A stretch of 49,901 nucleotides of DNA from Anaerolineae bacterium (GTDB lineage Bacteria > Chloroflexota > Anaerolineae > B4-G1 > SLSP01): positions 1 through 49,901 of the forward strand of contig JAFGFB010000035.1 of the NCBI GenBank assembly GCA_016931315.1, written 5' to 3'. The translations under genes were made by a program, and so were the position numbers. This document shows positions 45,431 through 49,901 of the stretch, piece by piece. The number at the start of each line of letters is the position of its first letter. Position 1 is the stretch's first letter. The notes under the pieces are model-generated. The model was not told where the DNA came from. It did not search any database and saw nothing but the letters and a program-made list of their open reading frames with translations.

Positions 45431-47749
45431 ATGTATTTTAGAACCATTCGCAACGATATACTGAGAAGCAAGGCCATCACGCTGACGACCATGCTGTTTA
45501 TCACGACCGCGGCAATGCTGGTGGCATTGGCAGTTATCCTGGTCGTCAACCTGACAGGCGCGATTGATACACTGATGACGCGGGCGCAAACACCCCATTT
45601 CATGCAAATGCACGCGGGTGCGTTGGATATGACGCGGCTGACAACTTTTGCGGGAAAGCATAAGGACGTCGCTGATTTCCAGGTAATGGAATTCCTTAAC
45701 ATGGATGGTGCGCAGATCGTATTCCCAGGCGGCTCGTTGGCGGGAAGTGTTCAGGATAATGGCTTCTCGGTGCAGAGCGAGCACTTCGATTTCCTGCTCG
45801 ACCTCGACGGGAACATCATCCAGGCAGCTGATGGCGAACTGTATGTTCCCATTAGCTATATGCAGGATGACACAACCAGCATCGGTGATCGGGTCGAGGT
45901 AGCTGGCAAAGCATTGGTTGTGACAGGATTTCTCCGCGATTCACAGATGAACTCCCTGCTCTCTTCATCCAAGCGCTTCTTGGTGAGCCATAATGACTTC
46001 GCGGCTCTCAAGGACTCCGGTAGTATGGAGTATCTGATCGAGTTCAGGTTACATGATCTGGATGCGTTGGGCACATTCGAGACCGCCTACGCTGCTGCCG
46101 AACTCGAAGCTGCCGGACCGACGCTCACCTATCCGCTGTTCAAGATGATCAACGCCATTTCTGATGGGATGATGATTGCGCTTCTGCTATTAGTCAGTTT
46201 ACTGATTGTGGCGATTGCGTTTTTGTGCATCCGCTTTACGCTCCTGGCGAAAATCGAGGATGAATACCGCGAAATAGGCGCGATGAAAGCCATCGGGCTG
46301 CGAGTTTCTGACATCAAGCAAATCTACCTGGCGAAATACGCAGCGCTGGCAGCGGCGGGCAGTGTGCTAGGCTTGGCGCTTTCATTTGTCTTTCGGAATG
46401 CGCTTCTCGCTAATATCTGGCTGCATATGGGTGAAAGCGCCAACGCCGCTCAAGCCCCGCTCTTGGGAGGCCTGGGTGTGCTACTGCTGTTTGGGGGAGT
46501 GTTGGTCTACGTGAATGGGGTGCTAGAGCAATTTCGCAGAATATCCCCAGCAGAGGCCATCCGTTTTGGCATCGTGCAGGGAAAAACCGGCGGGATACAT
46601 CACTTTAACCTGAGCCAGAACCGGCTACTTGGCGTGAATGTTTTCCTTGGCGCAAAAGATGTTCTCACCAGGAAGAGACTGTATGTCACCATGTTGACGG
46701 TGCTGGTACTGGCGGCGTTCATCAGCATTCTCCCGCAGAATTTGTACACTACGATTGCCTCTAAAGACTTCAGCACCTATATGGGTATTGGTGATAGCGA
46801 TCTGCGTATTGACCTCCAGCAGATGAACAACATTGCCGTAAAGGCGACAGACATTGCCCAGGCGCTGGAGAATGACAAGGATATATCCCGCTACGTTGTA
46901 CTCACCACCTACACATTCCGGGTCAGAATGCCCGATGGTACGCAGAGGCGGATACCTGTCGAGCTGGGTGACCATACGGTGTTTCCTGTTGCATATGCAG
47001 CGGGCCGCGCGCCCACCGCAGCTGATGAGATAGCGCTCTCGGTGTTGCACGCCAACGAGCTGGGTAGACAGGTCGGTGATAGTCTGATCTTGCTGGTTGG
47101 AGGACAAGAGCAGCAGTTTACAGTATGCGGTCTGTATTCTGATGTGACAAACGGCGGCAAAACTGCCAAAGCTGCTTTCAGTGATGCTACGGCGGACATT
47201 GTGTGGAGCGTCATTAGCGCGGAACTGGTGGATGAGACTCGTGTTGATGAGAAGGCTGCAGAATATGCGACCAAATTCGCTTTTGCCAAAGTCACAGGGA
47301 TTGAAGGCTATATCGTGCAGACGTTCGGCTCAACTATACGCGCTGTTGCACAGGCAGCCCGCGTGGCCAGTGTCGTTGCAGTGCTCATCACCATTCTGAT
47401 TACCGTGTTGTTTATGCGGATGTTAATCGTCAAGGATAGATATTCCATTGCCGTAATGAAAATCTTCGGCTTTACCAACACGGATATCAAGATGCAGTAT
47501 CTCTCTCGCGCAGTCTTCGTGCTGCTGATCGGCGTTTCGCTTGGAACGCTGCTGGCAAACACACTTGGCGAAACGCTAGTGGGAGCGGCGATTTCCTTCT
47601 TTGGCGCAGCGTCTTTCAAATTCACCATTAATCCGTTCTTTGCCTATCTGCTCAGCCCGCTACTGATGGCAGGCGCGGTGCTTGTTGCAACTGGTGGGGG
47701 GACATTGGATGCGGGACAAATCATCATTACAGGGATTATCAAGGAGTAA
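45431..47749 (+). CDS. FtsX/MacB-type ABC permease (duplicated architecture)
   Basis: Two repeats of TM-loop-3TM, with REIGAMKAIG and SIAVMKIFG. Confidence 0.9.
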   Translation: MYFRTIRNDILRSKAITLTTMLFITTAAMLVALAVILVVNLTGAIDTLMTRAQTPHFMQMHAGALDMTRLTTFAGKHKDVADFQVMEFLNMDGAQIVFPGGSLAGSVQDNGFSVQSEHFDFLLDLDGNIIQAADGELYVPISYMQDDTTSIGDRVEVAGKALVVTGFLRDSQMNSLLSSSKRFLVSHNDFAALKDSGSMEYLIEFRLHDLDALGTFETAYAAAELEAAGPTLTYPLFKMINAISDGMMIALLLLVSLLIVAIAFLCIRFTLLAKIEDEYREIGAMKAIGLRVSDIKQIYLAKYAALAAAGSVLGLALSFVFRNALLANIWLHMGESANAAQAPLLGGLGVLLLFGGVLVYVNGVLEQFRRISPAEAIRFGIVQGKTGGIHHFNLSQNRLLGVNVFLGAKDVLTRKRLYVTMLTVLVLAAFISILPQNLYTTIASKDFSTYMGIGDSDLRIDLQQMNNIAVKATDIAQALENDKDISRYVVLTTYTFRVRMPDGTQRRIPVELGDHTVFPVAYAAGRAPTAADEIALSVLHANELGRQVGDSLILLVGGQEQQFTVCGLYSDVTNGGKTAKAAFSDATADIVWSVISAELVDETRVDEKAAEYATKFAFAKVTGIEGYIVQTFGSTIRAVAQAARVASVVAVLITILITVLFMRMLIVKDRYSIAVMKIFGFTNTDIKMQYLSRAVFVLLIGVSLGTLLANTLGETLVGAAISFFGAASFKFTINPFFAYLLSPLLMAGAVLVATGGGTLDAGQIIITGIIKE

Positions 47750-47752
47750 CTC

Positions 47753-48517
47753 ATGAAACGGCTTATTGTCGGTGAAAATATCACTAAGGCTTTTGGTGCA
47801 GGCGTCGAAAAGCGCAAGGTGCTCGATGGCATCTCGGTTGAAATCAACGCGGGTGAGTTCGTTGCAGTCATGGGGCCATCGGGATCGGGAAAATCAACGT
47901 TGTTGTTTGCGCTAAGCGGTATGGACAAGGTTGATAGTGGTTATATCACATTCGATGGGGTAGATCTCTCGCGGCTTAGTGATAATGCGCTGGCCGATAT
48001 TCGCCGAAGGAAAATGGGCTTTGTGTTCCAGCAGCCGACTCTGTTAAAAAGCCTGAACCTTCTTGACAATATCATGTTGCCAGCTATGCGCGACAGTGGT
48101 GAAAAGGCCGCGCAGCTGGCCGCAAAAGCCAGGGTGCTGATGCAGAGAACGGATATTCTGGAACTGGAAAAACGTGACGTGACCCAGGCTTCGGGTGGGC
48201 AGCTTCAGCGGGTGGGTATCTGCCGTGCGCTAATGAACGACCCGCAAATCATCTTTGGGGATGAGCCAACCGGTGCCTTGAATTCAACAGCAGCTAGTGA
48301 GATTATGGCTCTTCTATCTGAGATTCATCGCACCGGCACAACCATCCTGCTGGTCACGCACGATGTCAAAGTGGCCGCCCAGACTGAGCGCGTACTATAC
48401 CTTTTCGATGGCAAAATCGCCGGAGAGTATCGACCTGGCTTGGCTAATCTACACCACGATGACCTCAAGGCTCACGAGGAAGGTCTCACAGCCTGGCTCA
48501 CTGAAATGCGGTTTTGA
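47753..48517 (+). CDS. LolD/MacB-type ABC ATP-binding protein
   Basis: GPSGSGKST, GFVFQ, SGGQLQR, DEPTGALN, VTHD. Confidence 0.95.
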   Translation: MKRLIVGENITKAFGAGVEKRKVLDGISVEINAGEFVAVMGPSGSGKSTLLFALSGMDKVDSGYITFDGVDLSRLSDNALADIRRRKMGFVFQQPTLLKSLNLLDNIMLPAMRDSGEKAAQLAAKARVLMQRTDILELEKRDVTQASGGQLQRVGICRALMNDPQIIFGDEPTGALNSTAASEIMALLSEIHRTGTTILLVTHDVKVAAQTERVLYLFDGKIAGEYRPGLANLHHDDLKAHEEGLTAWLTEMRF

Positions 48518-48528
48518 ATTGAAGAAAT

Positions 48529-49800
48529 ATGGCTACTCAACTCTCTATTAGCGATAACAAACCCTGGATAGCCTCCTTTTTCACCATCTGGGGTGGACAA
48601 GCGCTCTCCATTCTGGGCAGCCAACTGGTGCAATTTGCCCTCATCTGGTATATGACTGTCCAAACCGGCTCGGCTATCGTATTGGCAACAGCCACTCTTG
48701 TGGGCACGTTGCCCAACATTGCCCTTGGCCCGTTTGTCGGCACGCTTGTGGACCGCTGGAATCGCCGCCGGGTAATGCTTACCGCTGACAGCCTCATCGC
48801 GCTAACAACGGTGGCCCTGGCAGTCCTTTTCATGCTGTCCCGCGTTCAGATTTGGCACATCTATCTGGTGATGTTTGTCCGCGCTCTGGCCAATGCCTTT
48901 CACAGTAATGCCATGAGTGCCTCGACCTCGCTGATGGTGCCGGTTGAGCACCTGACCCGAATTCAGGGTCTAAACCAGATGCTTGATGGCGGTCTGAACA
49001 TCGCAACAGCGCCGCTTGGTGCACTGCTGCTAGGGGTGCTGCCCATGCAGGGAGTCCTGATGATTGATGTAATAACCGCTCTGATCGCCATCCTGCCCCT
49101 GCTCCTCATCCAGGTTCCGCAACCGGAACGGGCTCACGCTTCCGGCGTGGCGCAAGCCACCGTCTGGCAAGACTTGCGCGCCGGGTTACGTTATATCTGG
49201 AAATGGCCGGGTCTGCTGCTGGGGGTAGCGATGACCATCGGCATAAACTTCACTATTATCCCTGCCTTCTCCTTACTTCCACTCTTGGTCAGGAACTATT
49301 TTGGCGGCAACGCCATCCAATTGGGCCGGATGCAGGCCGCGATGGGGATTGGAATGTTTGTGGGGGGAGCACTGCTGGGTGTGTGGGGTGGGTTCAAACG
49401 TAGAATCCTGACTACTTTGTTGGGACTGCTCGGTATGGGTATCGGCGCCCTGCTGATAGCATTGACACCTGTTGCAAGCTTTGCTCTGGCGATCGGCGGA
49501 GTATTACTGGTCGGCATGATGACGCCGGTGATGATGGGTCCGTTCTTTGCTATCATCCAATCACAAGTCGAGCCGGATATGCAGGGACGGGTGCTTTCAC
49601 TTCTGCAGAGCGTTGGCGCTGGCGCCGTGCCGTTAGGATTGTTGGTCGCCGGGCTGACAGCAGACTACTTGAGCATCCAGTTCTGGTTTCTGCTGAGCGG
49701 CTCACTGTGCATCCTGATTGCACTATCGGGGCCATTTGTCCCCGCAGTGATGAATATTGAGGCACCCTGCTCTGGGGCATCCATTGCCACACCCGGCTAA
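48529..49800 (+). CDS. MFS efflux transporter, DHA3/MefA-like
   Basis: IWGGQALSILGSQLVQFALIW, GTLVDRWNRR, 12 TMs, MQGRV. Confidence 0.9.
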   Translation: MATQLSISDNKPWIASFFTIWGGQALSILGSQLVQFALIWYMTVQTGSAIVLATATLVGTLPNIALGPFVGTLVDRWNRRRVMLTADSLIALTTVALAVLFMLSRVQIWHIYLVMFVRALANAFHSNAMSASTSLMVPVEHLTRIQGLNQMLDGGLNIATAPLGALLLGVLPMQGVLMIDVITALIAILPLLLIQVPQPERAHASGVAQATVWQDLRAGLRYIWKWPGLLLGVAMTIGINFTIIPAFSLLPLLVRNYFGGNAIQLGRMQAAMGIGMFVGGALLGVWGGFKRRILTTLLGLLGMGIGALLIALTPVASFALAIGGVLLVGMMTPVMMGPFFAIIQSQVEPDMQGRVLSLLQSVGAGAVPLGLLVAGLTADYLSIQFWFLLSGSLCILIALSGPFVPAVMNIEAPCSGASIATPG

Positions 49801-49901
49801 CTCTCAAAAACTGACTTGGTAGTGTATCTATTTCGGTGGAAATTAGCCTTGGGGCTGGGTCTGGTGAAACTCCTGCACCACTTGTACCATCATGGCCTTG
49901 A

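Larger units (their letters stand above)
28485..49901. mobile_element. Probable genomic-island cargo (far boundary outside the window)
   Basis: Lies on the 5' side of the tRNA fragment. Mosaic accessory genes, pseudogenes and a duplicate ABC module; no integrase seen. The extent is inferred. Confidence 0.55.

Noticed and set aside
289-49807. Numerous overlapping or antisense ORFs in the six-frame track
   Set aside because: They are shadows of well-supported genes in high-GC DNA, are Arg/Pro/Ala-rich and carry no motifs.

Overview
GC-rich bacterial chromosomal window. Gene content and style suggest Chloroflexota/Anaerolineae; this is an inference and was not tested. The left part (1-28.4 kb) looks like backbone: surE, a degenerate PP2C/beta-propeller membrane protein, a NarL-type two-component system followed by a long envelope-stress-like gene run (Lnt-like enzyme, two ABC-2 exporters, a GNAT-membrane fusion), three hsp20 genes, rfbA with a Wzz protein and a degenerate BY-kinase, tldD/tldE, and an APH/Fpg-Nei/ClC/GNAT string. 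At 28440-28484 there is the 3' half of a tRNA-Val(CAC), cut at the anticodon loop and followed by a terminator. This is the signature of an att junction, so the DNA to its right is most likely cargo of an integrated island whose integrase and intact tRNA lie outside the window. The cargo is a mosaic: PadR/DUF2812, redox and hydrolase enzymes, an ino1-glycosyltransferase-methyltransferase group, several pseudogenes, a second paralogous ABC-2 module, an FtsX-type ABC system and a MefA-like MFS pump. I saw no CRISPR array, rRNA, transposase, integrase or recognisable defence system, and no single clearly novel system is established. The best leads are the island junction, three apparent pseudo-enzymes (PP2C-like, BY-kinase-like, M50-like fused to GNAT), and several periodic operator arrays. 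All family calls come from motif recognition, not database searches.
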